A stretch of DNA of 64,000 nucleotides from Octopus sinensis (GCF_006345805.1 NC_043018.1:20522001-20586000); one strand, 5' to 3'. Shown: positions 13,001-27,342, numbered from the stretch's first letter. Made by a program: numbers and translations. Notes: generated by a model not told the origin, from the letters alone.

Positions 13001-15437
13001 GATCGTGGGACCAACACACCAACCACATGGTCACGCGCTTTCGTATATCATATGATAAAAGTAGAAACTATTGGACTGATCCCATGTTATAAGGAACCGG
13101 TTATGAGAGTAGCCGGAATATAGTTGGCAAAGATATTAGAATGTTGGACAGAATGCCTTGCAGTATTTGTCCAGACTCTGCGCTCTGGGTTCAAATCCCA
13201 TCAGTTCAAGGTATGGATTCCTGGAATTACAAGAAGTTCAGTCATGATGCTTAGTAATATCTGTTCTGACCTTTTGCATTCTGGCAGAACTGTTGCAATG
13301 ACACCGACGCCAAAATCTATCGGCTTGTGTCAGCAGCCATTCCGTGTATAAACTCTGATGATGTGATGTGATAACGAGAGGCTTGCATGCATAAGAAACT
13401 GCTAGCATTTCTAAAAACAAAAGTCTTGCCTAAGCCTGTACATTCACACATTGACGCATGTTTAACAATAACCGACGAAGACTATATATATTGTAGCGGA
13501 GGCGCAATGGCCCAGTGGTTAGGGCAGCGGACTCGCGGTCATAGGATCGCGGTTTCGATTCCCAGACCGGGCGTTGTGAATATTTATTGAGCGAAAACAC
13601 CTAAAGCTCCACGAGGCTCCGGCAGGGATGGTGGTGATCCCTGCTGTACTCTTTCACCACAACTTTCTCTCACTCTTACTTCCTGTTTCTGTTGTACCTG
13701 TATTTCAAAGGGCCGGCCTTGTCACTCTCTGTGTCACGCTGAATATCCCCGAGAACTACGTTAAGGGTACACGTGTCTGTGGAGTGCTCAGCCACTTACA
13801 CGTTAATTTCACGAGCAGGCTGTTCCGTTGATTCGGATCAACCGGAACCCTCATCGTCGTAACCGACGGAGTGCTTCCCCCTATATTGTAGCACGTGTCA
13901 ACTGTTCTTAAATAATTATGGTTTGAATTTTCTTGTCTTCAGAAATTATTTATTTGAATTTCAGAACTTCAAGTATGTCTGTGATTCTGTCAATGTATCT
14001 TGCCAAATATAAGATACCAGTTCCAGCTTGGACTCCTAAAAAAGGCTTCCATACAATACGTACCTCGCTGCATGCCACATTTTCAGTAAGTATCCGTCGT
14101 CCTATTCGTCCTTATGAAGTAACACGAATAAACACACATACACACACACAGTGATAAACACGCAGACACACACACACAACCACACTATACATGTATTTCT
14201 ATAAAACAACATATCAACACACACGTGCACGTAATACATACATACATACATACATACATACATACATACATACATACATACATACATACATACATACATG
14301 TGTGTGTGTGTGTGTGTGTGTATAAGAGGTAGCCATTTATGTATAATACTTGATGTAAATACATCGTTGACAGGCAAATTAAAAAATCCGTAGAAGTAAT
14401 ATTAAAAAAAATAGCAATCTACGAATCATATTTAATATGCCATCACTGAAAGGAAAATTTAGAATGGTATTCATCAGGAGACAATATCTCTTATAAGCGT
14501 GTTGTGTTTAGAATACAATGTGTGTGTGTGTGTATTTAGATACACATACGCACATGTACACACACGCGCGTACACATGAACACACGCAACACATACATGC
14601 ATACATACATATATACATAATACATACAAACATACATACATACATACACACACACGTACATACATACATACATACATACATACATACAAGAAAATAAGGA
14701 GAAATGCAAGTTTATATTAAAAGTTCCTACACGCGTTTTGCCATTATGGTTTTTAGGAACCTTGCGACAGAAGTCCCTAATAAATATAGGTGCTCAACCA
14801 CAACGGGTCCTCAAGGATACAGCAAAATCATCCTTGAAGACCTGTTGTGATCGAGATGGAATACGCGTCTGGAACATTAACCGCAAGGCTCCAAACAACC
14901 ATGATGGTGAAACACGTGTAAGAACTATAACATAAACCTGTGTTTATCCTTCTTTTTCCTACACTTGTTCCGTAGTTCATAACTAGTAATACCACTCAGT
15001 ATAGAAGTTGTCTAACCACTTTGCAGAAAACCCACTCGATGATGATAATCTACATGGAGCTCTAAACACATCAGTAAGGATGGAAAATTTACTTGCACAC
15101 ATAATTCCTATTGTGTGTGTGTGTGTGTGTGTGTGCCATTTTCAATGCCACATTTTTATCTTTCATTCATTACTTTTTAATAATAAGTCCATCATCTACT
15201 GGCCGGAACTTCGAAGTCACTGTTAACAGTATGTTTGTTTAAGAATAAATTTATATTTCATAAAAGTATAGAGTAACACATCAGATTAATGTAAATTTGT
15301 TTTTATCATTACTGGACATAAAAACAAACATTAATTAATTTTATATACATGTGTGTTTGTGCGTGTGTGCATGTATATCCATGTATATATATATATATAT
15401 ATATATTTATATGTGTTTATATATAAATATATATTTA

Positions 15438-15468
<31 letters not shown>

Positions 15469-15479
15469 GTTGTGTGTGT

Positions 15480-15517
<38 letters not shown>

Positions 15518-17136
15518 TGTGTGTGTGTATGTGTATCAGTATTTATTATCAAATACCGTTCGATTTAAATTAAATCTGTCTACTTTGACTGAAGATTCCA
15601 TTTTGAAAAGTACGGTAAATTTTACAAAATGTATTGAACATTTTTTTTCACTCAGAACAACGAACCAAACGCTTGATTAATTATATAATAACACTTTTTG
15701 ATTTCCGGACACTATTTATTTTGCGAGAGGCCAATCCCCCTCCCGCTCATCCGAACCGCTTCTTTTTTTTTTGTTTGTTTTTTACTTGATTATTGGAAAT
15801 ATCGCAACCAAATTTCACAGCCCATGTGCAAATTTCACAGCCCATGTGCAAATCTTTGAATTATAATTTGATCTTTTTTTATAAATTCAAAGTAATTTAT
15901 AAAATGGAAATCTGCCACCGCGCCACATATCTCACCATCAAATTATATGGCTTTAAGCAAATTTTCTATTATATAGTCTACTTTGGAAGTATACTTTCGC
16001 TATCATGGGTAAACAGTGATTTTAATATTATATAAATCTTACATATTAAAACATGCTCATGTGTCTGGGAAGATTTTAAGTATAAATTGATTTCAAAAAA
16101 ATGTTCGGGTAAACGGCGGGAGGAATAACATTTGGGTGTGAGTGAATAGTGTGAGTAAAATTTTCAAGCTTCCAAGGGAAATAACCCATTCCCTCCTGGA
16201 AATAACCACCAAGGGAATAACACATTCCTTTTCAGTATGCTTATTTCTTAGTATTTGAACTATTTTAGTTATTGGACAGAAGATTGTGGATGCGTATGCA
16301 TGTCACTACTTGGCGTCTATCGACCTCGTAACTTTAGTCTTCTTTACCATCCGTTTTATTACTACTTAACAATTTCGGCGTTCCTCTAGTGACTTTAACC
16401 CCTTATGTTAACTCAATCCGTTTCTCTCTTTCACTCTCCCGCTCTCCATATCTTTCTTTTACTCTCTCTCCTACACACACCACACACACACACACACAAC
16501 ACACACACTTCTATGTCTCTAACATGTAAATCGTGACCGAACATGTCAACTATTCAACGAGCATCACCAACATTTATATCGGCTGGTTTTATAGAGATGA
16601 TTTCGCTCCCTTCAACAGAAGCAACGTGAATATAATTAAGCCGACCTTCGCTTTCATTGGTTACGAGGTCACTTTCATTTTATATATAATTCATGGATAT
16701 AGGTTTTGTTTTATCTTCGTTTGTCTATGTGTGTGTATGGCGGTCGGGGATGTATTCAAGTACTTATATATGAATATTTGGTGTATGCTAGGTGTAAATA
16801 TTTTGATAGACGTATACAAACCAGTATATGTGTGTTGGTGTGGAACGTATTTATTGGTATGTATATAAACCTGTAATTGTTTTGCATGTATGTATGTATG
16901 TATATATATATATATATATAATTATATATATATATATATATATATATCTATATATATATATATATATATATTGGAAGGTTTGGAGATGATGTACTTTAGT
17001 TTGATTTGAAAACCCCACTAGAATGGGAAAGCGCTATTGATCTAAGTGATATGATATATATATATAAAAAATGTAAAATATAAATAAATATCTGTAAATA
17101 TAAACCATCCGATCTTCTGATTACCTCATTTCTTCT

Positions 17137-17169
<33 letters not shown>

Positions 17170-18075
17170 CTCGAGTAAGCACATAAATGTGAAACGAGGT
17201 GGGAAAAAATAGTACTCGAATACCGGAGGTAGAGCAATATGCTTTATTATTAAAGCTGCAAAAACATCACAAAAATATCACAAAAAACTGCAACTCAGAG
17301 TTTCACATTCCCGTTCATCGGGCAGTTGTGATCTGCCCGACGAACGGGAATGTGAAACTCTGAGTAGCTGACTACTGACGCACAAATGCATCCTGATGCC
17401 ACGAACAAGGGAGCTAATGCCCCCACTCAGCCTTAAATGGTACCTGCAGGCCATGGTTTCTGAGTTATTCCCCTTCATCGGCACAGGATAACCGTTGGCT
17501 CGAGATGGCAGCATGAGGTCTTGTTCGAGGTATGTATTTTTAAAGTGATACACAGTCACTGATCTCATAAAGAGGAAAACGTTTAGTTTTAAATCTCTGA
17601 GCGAGAAGTAAGTAGTAACAATACTACAGAGTAAAATCTATTTGCCAGTGTAAATTCTCAGTCCTTTTTAGGACGATGTTACTACCTTTTTTAGGCCCCA
17701 GGGAAACATCTTTTCTAACTGATGCACAACTGCATCCTGATAGCTCGAAAAGGGAGCTAATGTCTCCACTCAGACTTAAACGGTAACTGATGAGAGTGTC
17801 TTTTAGCCCAGCGTCTGAAACTGAGTATTATGACAACTAACTAATTGCTATATATATATATATATATATAAAGTTAATCCAAACAAGAAAGCACAAAAAA
17901 ACACAACAACGCGAGGACGTGGAACAAATATAGTATTATTGGACGCTCAGGAAAGAAGGAGGGTTTAACGTTTCGAGCGGAGCTCTTCGTCGGAAACATA
18001 GGAGAAGGAAAGATCCAGTGAAGGGAAGACAGAGGAAAAAAAATCGCCAACGGTACACACGCGGTCACATTTTGA

Positions 18076-18107
<32 letters not shown>

Positions 18108-19618
18108 ACATATCCAAAGTTAGGGAATGGAGTAGATAAAATTTAGACTACATATGTTTCATAGCTAGGGTCATAGGTTTTATATCAGAGTGTCCTTCTA
18201 GGCAGGATGACGATTATGGCTAACGAGCCCCATCTGCTCGGAGTGGCTTGGTTATACTGCGCCAGATACCTGCAATCGTCCTCTCTTGTTGGTTTAGATA
18301 CAGGTGGTACCACAAAGAGGTCGACGTAGGACTCGGGGGTTGTGTCATTCTTTGGAAGTCCTAGCCCTGTACGGTGCTCACCCAACCAGAATCCGGTGAC
18401 TATGTGGACCCCCATATATGCATGTACGTATTGTTTGATCGTGTTGTTGTTACTGCTGTTGTTTTGCCCATGTCAGCCCCAAACAAGCAGATCCATGATC
18501 AAAGAACGGAACAATCATCATTTTTTTTTCGGGCATTAATTATCATCTAAAACAACATTATCCATCGTGTTTCACTTTCAGTTCAGTAAGATGTAATTTG
18601 AGGAAAATTTCGCTGCTATTTCCAAACATTTCGAGCGATCACATAGAGGCTTTGAAATACTTTTTCTTCTTCATCCATCAGAAAATCTAACAAGTAAAAT
18701 CAATTATTCTATTCAACGCAATTATCTCCATTATCTGAAAATTTTCCAGAAAAAAATTCAAAGCAAACAGAGAAAAAAACCCAGAAATTTCCACATGTTC
18801 CGCAACACAAAAAATAACACTCATTCGCAGGAATTTATCAGAAACTAGCAGTATCGCCCGGCGTTGCTCGGGCTTGTAAGGGAAATAACTATATAAGCAT
18901 TTTTAGAGAGTTACTTCCCTTATAGATGCCAATTCGGGCTTTCTTTGCCATTTCTGTTTTGGTGTCTTCAAGCCATGAAGTCGTTGTTCTAAAAGAACGC
19001 TGGTCTCCTTGACAACGCTTTACGACGTTCATTTCCTTACACTCCCTTCCCCACAGCTTCACGAGGGAGGGAAGAAGGGGGAGAAGCAAACACAGGTGCA
19101 GGTGTTTGAGCGTGGACGCCAACTCTGCCGCCATCGACACACGAAAAAATATGCATTAAAATGGAATAAAAAATGATGTTAAATTATTTTTAAAATCGTA
19201 GACTCATCGTAGACGCGCGCTAATAGCCAGGCGGGCTCGATATTAATCACGACTATAAGATACCCGAATTTGGTTAAACTGCACCGCAAAATGTGGGAGG
19301 AGTTAGGAATCTAAATCGAAGGGGACAGACACTCACACAACTACAGTTTTATATATATAGATGACCAAAAAATGTTGCAATGTTTATTTTCAGATGTTAA
19401 TCGGAATTATTTTTGGTTGGGTGATATGCGGCATACTTACAAACGCTGGTCTGCTCACTGACGACAAGAATGATAAACAGTTTAATGCACGGACGGACTC
19501 TAAATTATACGTTCTTGGGGCTTCAGACTGGTTTTTCTTCCCCTATCCTGGTAAGACTTTACCTTTCATTGGCATTTACTATTTGTACTTAAATGTGTGT
19601 GTGTGTGTGTGTGTGTGT

Positions 19619-19655
<37 letters not shown>

Positions 19656-21568
19656 CGTGTGTTTCTATATGATTAATATATAGTCAATTGATGTATACTG
19701 GAACCAAAATATATCTTCATTGACTATATATTAATCAAGGTATCGAAACCACAATAATATCCATTAGGCAGCTGAGGATGGACGTATACATTTGATGTAT
19801 TTTTTAACTCTGAAACTTTTATATTAGTAGTTTTCAACCATTCATTTTTTTACCAATGGACCCATTTGATTCCAATTCTAGTTGCGTGGACCATCACAGC
19901 CATTTGATGTTTCAAATATTCCATTATATTTTTATCCTTAAATATTATTAAAAACTGTATATAAACACAGCTAAATATATTTTGCATGTTGTAAAAGTGT
20001 GACTAATTTATTGCACATAATTTTTAACAACAAAATTTTACATGGACACCGCAAAGGGTCATAATAACCCCCGTTGAGAACCAGTGTTTTATATTTGGTG
20101 TTCTAAGTTATCCTTCATTGAAATTGTAGTTCTTGTGAGTGGAGGCGCAATGGCCCAGTGGTTAGGGCAGCGGACTCGCGGTCGTAGGATCGCGGTTTCG
20201 ATTCCCAGACCGGGCGTTGTGAGTGTTTATTGAGTGAAAACACCTAAAGCTCCACGATGCTCTGGCAGGGGATGGTGGTGATCCCTGCTGTACTCTTTCA
20301 CCACGACTTTCTCTTACTTCCTGTTTCTGTTGTACCTGTATTTCAAAGGGCCGGCCTTGTCACTCTCTGTGTCACGCTGAATATCCTCGAGAACTACGTT
20401 AAGGGTGCACGTGTCTGTGGAGTGCTCAGCCACTTACACGTTAATTTCACGAGCAGGCTGTTGCGTTGATCGTATCAACCGGAACCCTCGTCGGAGTGCT
20501 TCCACCAGTTCTTGTGAAGTTAAACTCCTCTGGGGGTTCTTGGTTTCCTAGCTTACTGTGGTTTTGTTGTATGTATTACACCATACACTGTTGTTGCATG
20601 AATGTTCTTCGTTTGGATTCTTAATCTAGTAAAGGTTATACCTCTGCAGGGCAGGCCTGTCGCCGGACTTTGGTTCCTAGGGGTGCTACAGAATATTCTG
20701 GGTGGGCACTAATTTTTAATAATGCTTAAGTGGAGTCACTAAAGTGGAGTAAATCTGCGGGAGGAAATCTACGGCTTAGGAAAACTGAAGGACTCTTGCA
20801 ATAAATGTGTGAATAAGAGAGGAGATTATGCTGAATAAAATCATAATTAACTGATCCCCAAGTATTTTCTTTTACCCAAAGCCAAGAATTTTTCAGCTCC
20901 CTTTTCTTGTATTCTTTTATTCTTTTACTTGTTTCAGTCATTTGACTGCGGCCATATACACACACACACACACACACACACGGTTTCCATAACGTAAAAG
21001 TGAGAGAGGTCACAGCATTAGTCTACGGCCATGCTGGGGCACCGCCTTGAAGAATTTTTAGTCGAACGAATTTTTTGTTAAGGCTGGTATTTACTTTATC
21101 GGTTCTTTAGGTCGAACCGCTATGGGGACGTAAGCACACCAACATCGGTTGTCAAATGGTGATAGAGGACAAACACACACTCAAAGACACACACACATAT
21201 ATATACAACGTGCTTCTTTCAGTTTCCATCTACAAAATCCACTCACAAGACTTTGGTGTGATGCTGATCTGTTGAAGGGTTCAAAGGAGGCCGGAAATCC
21301 TGATGGGAAGGGAGCAGTTGATCACATTGACCCCGAGTGCTTGACTGGTTGGTACTTTGTTTTATCAACGCTTTAAAGGGAGGAGGGGCAAAGCTGACTT
21401 CTGCGGAATTTGAAATCAGAACGTAATGGGTCGGAAGAAGCGCTGCTGACAAGATTTGCCGAATGCGCTGACGTCACCGCCTATTCGCCACGTTACACAC
21501 GCACACACACACACACACACATATACACAAACGCACACATGCACGCACGCACACACATATGCACGCAC

Positions 21569-21604
<36 letters not shown>

Positions 21605-22981
21605 GGTCACACACACATATACACACACACACATACAAGCACGCACACACACACGCACACACACACACACGGACACATACACACACACACATGCACGCAC
21701 GCACGCACACACGCACACACACGCGCACACACACGCACACACATGCACGCACATACATAAATATTTGTATATGTATATATATATATATACGTATATATAT
21801 ATATATACGAAGCGCATTGTGACCAGCGATGCGTAGCAACATCTGATGGTCTGGTCGGTCACGTGATCACGTGATATATATATATGTATGTGTATACATG
21901 TACAAATTCACATGCATGCGCACACATACACACACACATATACATACATACATATATATATACATATATATATATATATATTATATGCATGTGTGCACAC
22001 AGATGCCTCCATAATATACATGTACACAAATGACACATGCATATGCATTTATATATACGGGATGGCCCCCAACTTTTGGTTCATAGAGTAGGAACTAAAA
22101 TGTAAATATAGAATTCATCCAAGCTGTCTCCGTCCACATTCCACACAGTCTTCATTCCGCTGATGAGGAGGACGTTGAACTCTTCTAAGTGCAGCTGTAC
22201 CGATATTATACCATAAGCATGGATATGGTTGCTTTCTTCAGTGTATCAACAGTTCTTAATCGATTCATTAAGGCTACTAAGTTCGCATAGTAACAGCACC
22301 TCCGCTAGTAATCTTAACCCTTTTTTTTTTTTTATCACATTTATGTGAAGGCGCATGGCTCAATGGTTAGAGCATCGAGCTTACGATCGTGAGGTTGTGA
22401 GCTCGAATCCCGGACCGAATCCAAGACACTTTATTTCACGTTGCTCCAGTTCACTCAGCTGTAGAAATGAGTTGTGATGTCACTGGTGCCAAGCTGTATC
22501 GGCCCCTTTGCCTTCCCCTTGGATAACACTGGTTGCGTGGAGAGGGGAGGCCGGTATGCATGGGCGACTGCTGGTCTTCCATAAACAACCTTGCCCGGAC
22601 TTGTGCCTGGGAGGGTAACTTTCTAGGTGCAATCCCATGGTCAGTGTCGTGACCGAAGGGGATCTCAGAAATATGTCACTGTTCATTACTTTTGTCTCAA
22701 TTAATTTTGAACGTAATGAAGAATATTAATGCAATTCCATATTTAAGAGATGAGGAAGTATTTATATTATTTACATTATTTACATTTGACGGATATTTGT
22801 TCTTCTTCTTTGTTGCTAACACGATGTTTCGGCTGATATACCCTCCAGCCTTCATCAGGTGTCTTGGGGAAATTTCGAACCTGGGTTCTCATTCCTAAAG
22901 TATTTTTTCGATGTGACTATTATTGTTATTATTATTATTATTTTGTTGTTGTTGTTGTTATTGTTATTATTATTATTATTA

Positions 22982-23036
<55 letters not shown>

Positions 23037-23058
23037 CATCATCATCATTATTATTATT

Positions 23059-23091
<33 letters not shown>

Positions 23092-23211
23092 ATTCAAGCC
23101 ACGGTCTGGAATCGAACTCGGAATCTTGGGGGTTAAGAGCGGGCATATGGCGGTGTGTTTAAGAGTGCAGGCTACTAACCCTAAGATTCCAAATTCTATT
23201 CCAGGCTGTGA

Positions 23212-23250
<39 letters not shown>

Positions 23251-23420
23251 AAACACATATAACATACAGAAAATTGCACTACTAGGCACTGCACACATCC
23301 TACGCAGAACACTTTCCATACAATAACCAGCAGAGCATCACAACAAATCACAGCAAATACCCAAGGCACACAGAGCTGCGCTCGGTATTTAAGTGAAAGC
23401 ACGCTATAAAAATAAAACTA

Positions 23421-23475
<55 letters not shown>

Positions 23476-25954
23476 TAATAATAATAATAATAATAATAAT
23501 GACAATACAAAAAGGTGTTGCTTAAGGATATCGGTTACGATACAGAAGCCTGGCTTGTTGTCATCTTTGTGCGTGGAGGACGATCGGTGATTGGTGGGTT
23601 TGACATGACAAAGAGTGTTATATGGTTGGGATGGGGAGAATGGATTTACAAATCTTATTGCATCACTCAAAACTAATGACAGAGTGTTTAATAAATAAAT
23701 ACATAAACAAATAAATAAATAGATAAATAAATAGGCGCAGGAGTGGCTGTGTGGTAAGTAGCTTGCTAACCAACCACATGGTTCCGGGTTCAGTCCCACT
23801 GCGTGGCATCTTGGGCAAGTGTCTTCTGCTATAGCCTCGGGCCGACCAATGCCTTGTGAGTGGATTTGGTAGGCGGAAACTGAAAGAAGCCTGTCGTATA
23901 TATGTATATATATATATATATATATATTTGTGTGTGCGTGTTTGTGTGTCTGTGTTTGTCCCCCTAGCATTGCTTGACAACCGATGCTGGTGTGTTTACG
24001 TCCCCGTCACTTAGCGGTTCGGCAAAAGAGACCGATAGAATAAGTACTGGGCTTACAAAAGAATAAGTCCCGGGGTCGAGTTGCTCGATTAAAGGCGGTG
24101 CTCCAACATGGCCGCAGTCAAATGACTGAAACAAGTAAAAGAGTAAAAGAGAGTAAGAGAGATGAATATATAAATAAATAAGAAGACTCCCTCCTCCGCT
24201 AAAAACAATTATGTAAGAAGGATAATATTTGACGTCACGAGGAAAGAAAGACTGTATTCAACGTAAAGGAAAACCTCTCCGTTTAATGACAAACTGACTT
24301 ACTGTGAAGGGAAGTTACTCTCCGATGAGGAAAAATATATTTCTGAATAAAATAAGCTTCTCAATCATTCTAAAGGTTTAAAAAAAGCTTTAAAAAAATC
24401 GAACCTTAAATGAAAAGCACGAGGACGATCCAGACCTAATGTAGATTGGATAGTGTAGCGAATCTAAGGAATCAAGCTATAAAGAGCCAATCCCTAAATA
24501 ACATATGTTTCAAATTTCGGCACAATGCCAGCAATTGAGGGTCTGGACGAGTGAGGAATTGTACGAGTTAGAATTCATTTCCTCTCAAAGGAAGCTCATT
24601 TCTCGTAAAAAAAAAAGGAACCCCTCTCAGTGAAATGAGAGATTGATCATGCGATCCAGCAACATAGGGGAATTTCAACCGTGTTTCGTGGTCTGCAACC
24701 ACAACAGCTCCTTTATAGGATCCAGATAGCTCAAGACATCATCAGGAGGAACCACGTCCGGTTTCGGCCCCTACTCCTCTACCGTTTTGACGTGGCAGGG
24801 CCCCCCATCCTTTTCGGAGGTGTCTTCAGCTCTGGTGTTCGATAAGCAACGAAGTGTATCATGAACGGAGAATGATGGAGATGACAATTGGTGTCGATGA
24901 CAAGGCGGCGAGCTGGCAGAACCGTTAGCACGCCGGGCGACATGCCTAGCCGTATTTCGTCAGCCGCTACGTTCTGAGTTCAAATTCTGCCGAGGTCGAC
25001 TTTGCCTTTCATCCTTTCGGGGTCGATAAATTAAGTACCAGTTACGCACTGGGGTCGATGTAATAGACTTAATCCGTTTGTTTTTCCATGTTTGTCCCCT
25101 CTGTGTTTAGCCCCTTGTGGGTAGTAAAGAAATAGGTATTTCGTCTGCCGCTACGTTCTGAGTTCAAATTCTGCCAAGGTCGACTTTGCCTTTCATCCTT
25201 TCGGGGTCGATAAATTAAGTACCAGTTACGCACTGGGGTCGATGTAATAGACTTAATCCGTTTGTCTTTCCATGTTTGTCCCCTCTGTGTTTAGTCCCTT
25301 GTGGGTAGTAAAGAAATAGGTGTCGTGTATGTGGGTCGATCGTGTCTTATCAGTGTCGCTATGTAAAGTTGCAGCCAAAATTATCACTAGCTGCCAATAC
25401 AAACGACGATAGAAGCAAACAGAGACTTATCCGTTGTAATCTAGATTTGAAATCAGTGGACAGACATATATGCAAAATGCTATAGTGACATGGTATGCTA
25501 TCTAGATCTACAAGGTAAGATGACACAGGAGGAATGCAGCCACAATTGAGGTGAAATATTAGCTTTAAATCGGCGAGCAGTTCTCTGGGACGGAGAAGGA
25601 GAGGGAGAAAGGGTGTTGTGGAAGTTGAGATGATTTAAACATCATTCTAATGCTCCACGAGGCTCCGGTAGAGGAGGGGTGGCGAACCCTGCTGTACTCT
25701 TTCACCACAATTTTCTCTCACTTTTTCTTCTGTTGGCCTGCTCGCTAAGCCAGCGGGGTGGCGTCGTTCGAAAGATAAAACAATGCGAATGCATTGTGAC
25801 CAGCGATGTGTAACAACATCTGATGGTCTGGTCGGTCGCGTGATCACGTCACATGTATGTATGTATGTATGTATGTATGTATGTATGTATGTATGTATGT
25901 ATGTATGTGTGTATGTATGTATGTATGTATGTATGCATGTATGTATGTATTATG

Positions 25955-25986
<32 letters not shown>

Positions 25987-27342
25987 TGTATGTATGGATG
26001 TATGTATGTGTGTATGTATGTATGTATGTATGTATGTATGTATGTATGTTTGTATGTATGTATGTATGTATGTATGTATGTTTGTATGTACGCATGTATG
26101 CTTAGGTAGATACAAAGAGAGAGAGAAAGAGATACAGACAGACAGATAGATATAGGCGTGGTTGTGTGGTAAGAAGCTTGCTTTCCAATTATATGGTTCC
26201 GGGTTCAGTCCCACTACGTGACACCTTGGGCAAGTGTCTTCAACTATAGCCTCGGGCCGATCAAAACATTGTGAGTAGATTTGGTAGACGAAAACAGAAA
26301 GAAGCCCCCGTCATATATATGTGTGTGTATCTTTAGTAGAAAGGATTATTATCTTAATAGATTGTGTTACAGCCAATATCATATTCAGCAGAATATCTCT
26401 CTGGAAAATAATCACCAAAAACAGTGTCTTTAAATATTGTGTCGTTTCTTTCTTGTGCCTTCCCAAGGCACGGCCAACCCAGCCATCAAACTCTCCAAAC
26501 AAAACATCACCTTCTTAAATCCGGGCCTCAGCCTTCTTTTGTTCATAGCCCTTACATCTACCCGAACAGTAAGACAAAACATCACCTTCTTAAATCCGGG
26601 CCTCGGCCTTCATTTGTACATAGCCCTTACATCTCCCCGAATAGTAAGACAAGACATCACCTTCTTAAATCCGGGCCTCAGCCGTCTTTTGTTCATAGCC
26701 CTTACATCTCCCCGAACAGTAAGACAAAACATCACCTTCTTAAATCCGGGCCTCAGCCTTCTTTTGTTTATAGCCCTTACATCTCTCCTCTACGCCTTCT
26801 TTGTGGAAGACAATAAAAGTGTAGGGAGGACTTTTATATTTGCTGTTTGAATGCTTCAGCAATAACATACAAGACTTGGTGGACACAGTGATTACATATA
26901 TCTTTCTTTCCTATATTCATGAAACCAGGCTTCGGTGCCGCTGCCGTGACGAGTGTCTTTTACAGTTCTTTCTGATCGACTTGTGAGAGAAACTAAACTT
27001 TGTTTTCTTCCTTTCTGTCTTTTCTTTTCCTTTTCAGGCTATTTTGGATTCTCGATGAATTTTTCCGTCAGCACTCTGATAAGCTTCTTCATAGCAACTT
27101 TGGCTTCAATCGTGGATTCCATTGCTGATTATTATGCATGCGCCAAAATATGTGACGTTCCGATACCTCCAAACCATTCGGTGAATCGAGGAATTGTCAT
27201 CGACGGATTAGCAACTGCGTATGCTGGAGGACTTGGAATTGGACATGGTACGAGCACATATGGGGGTAACATTGGTGCTATAGCAATCACAAGGGTGAGC
27301 TGGTGCTTTGACATCGCACATATTCTTATACTTGTTTCAGTC

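Larger units (their letters stand above)
17170..17570 (-). mobile_element. Penelope-like element 3' end with inverted terminal duplication (family 1)
   Basis: Head-to-head hammerheads; minus-strand ORF remnant ...[12 protein letters not shown]...LRVSHSRSS; tail shared with 150-230. Confidence 0.55.

Noticed and set aside
13498-13575. Functional tRNA genes at SINE heads (also 20141, 23733, 33603, 44298)
   Set aside because: A/B boxes are present, but there is no complete cloverleaf or terminator and they run into SINE bodies.
17787-17826. Hammerhead-like CTGATGA...GAAA
   Set aside because: Stem II and stem I do not pair.
24735-24832. Minus-strand CTGAAGA...CGAAACC-ggacgt-GGTT hammerhead candidate
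   Set aside because: The boxes and a 3-bp stem III are present, but the base of stem II is unpaired and stem I needs a bulge. It may be a decayed copy but cannot be supported.
26500-26787. CRISPR-like arrays (75-bp, 12-bp and SINE C tandem repeats)
   Set aside because: No unique spacers, no cas genes, eukaryotic intronic context.
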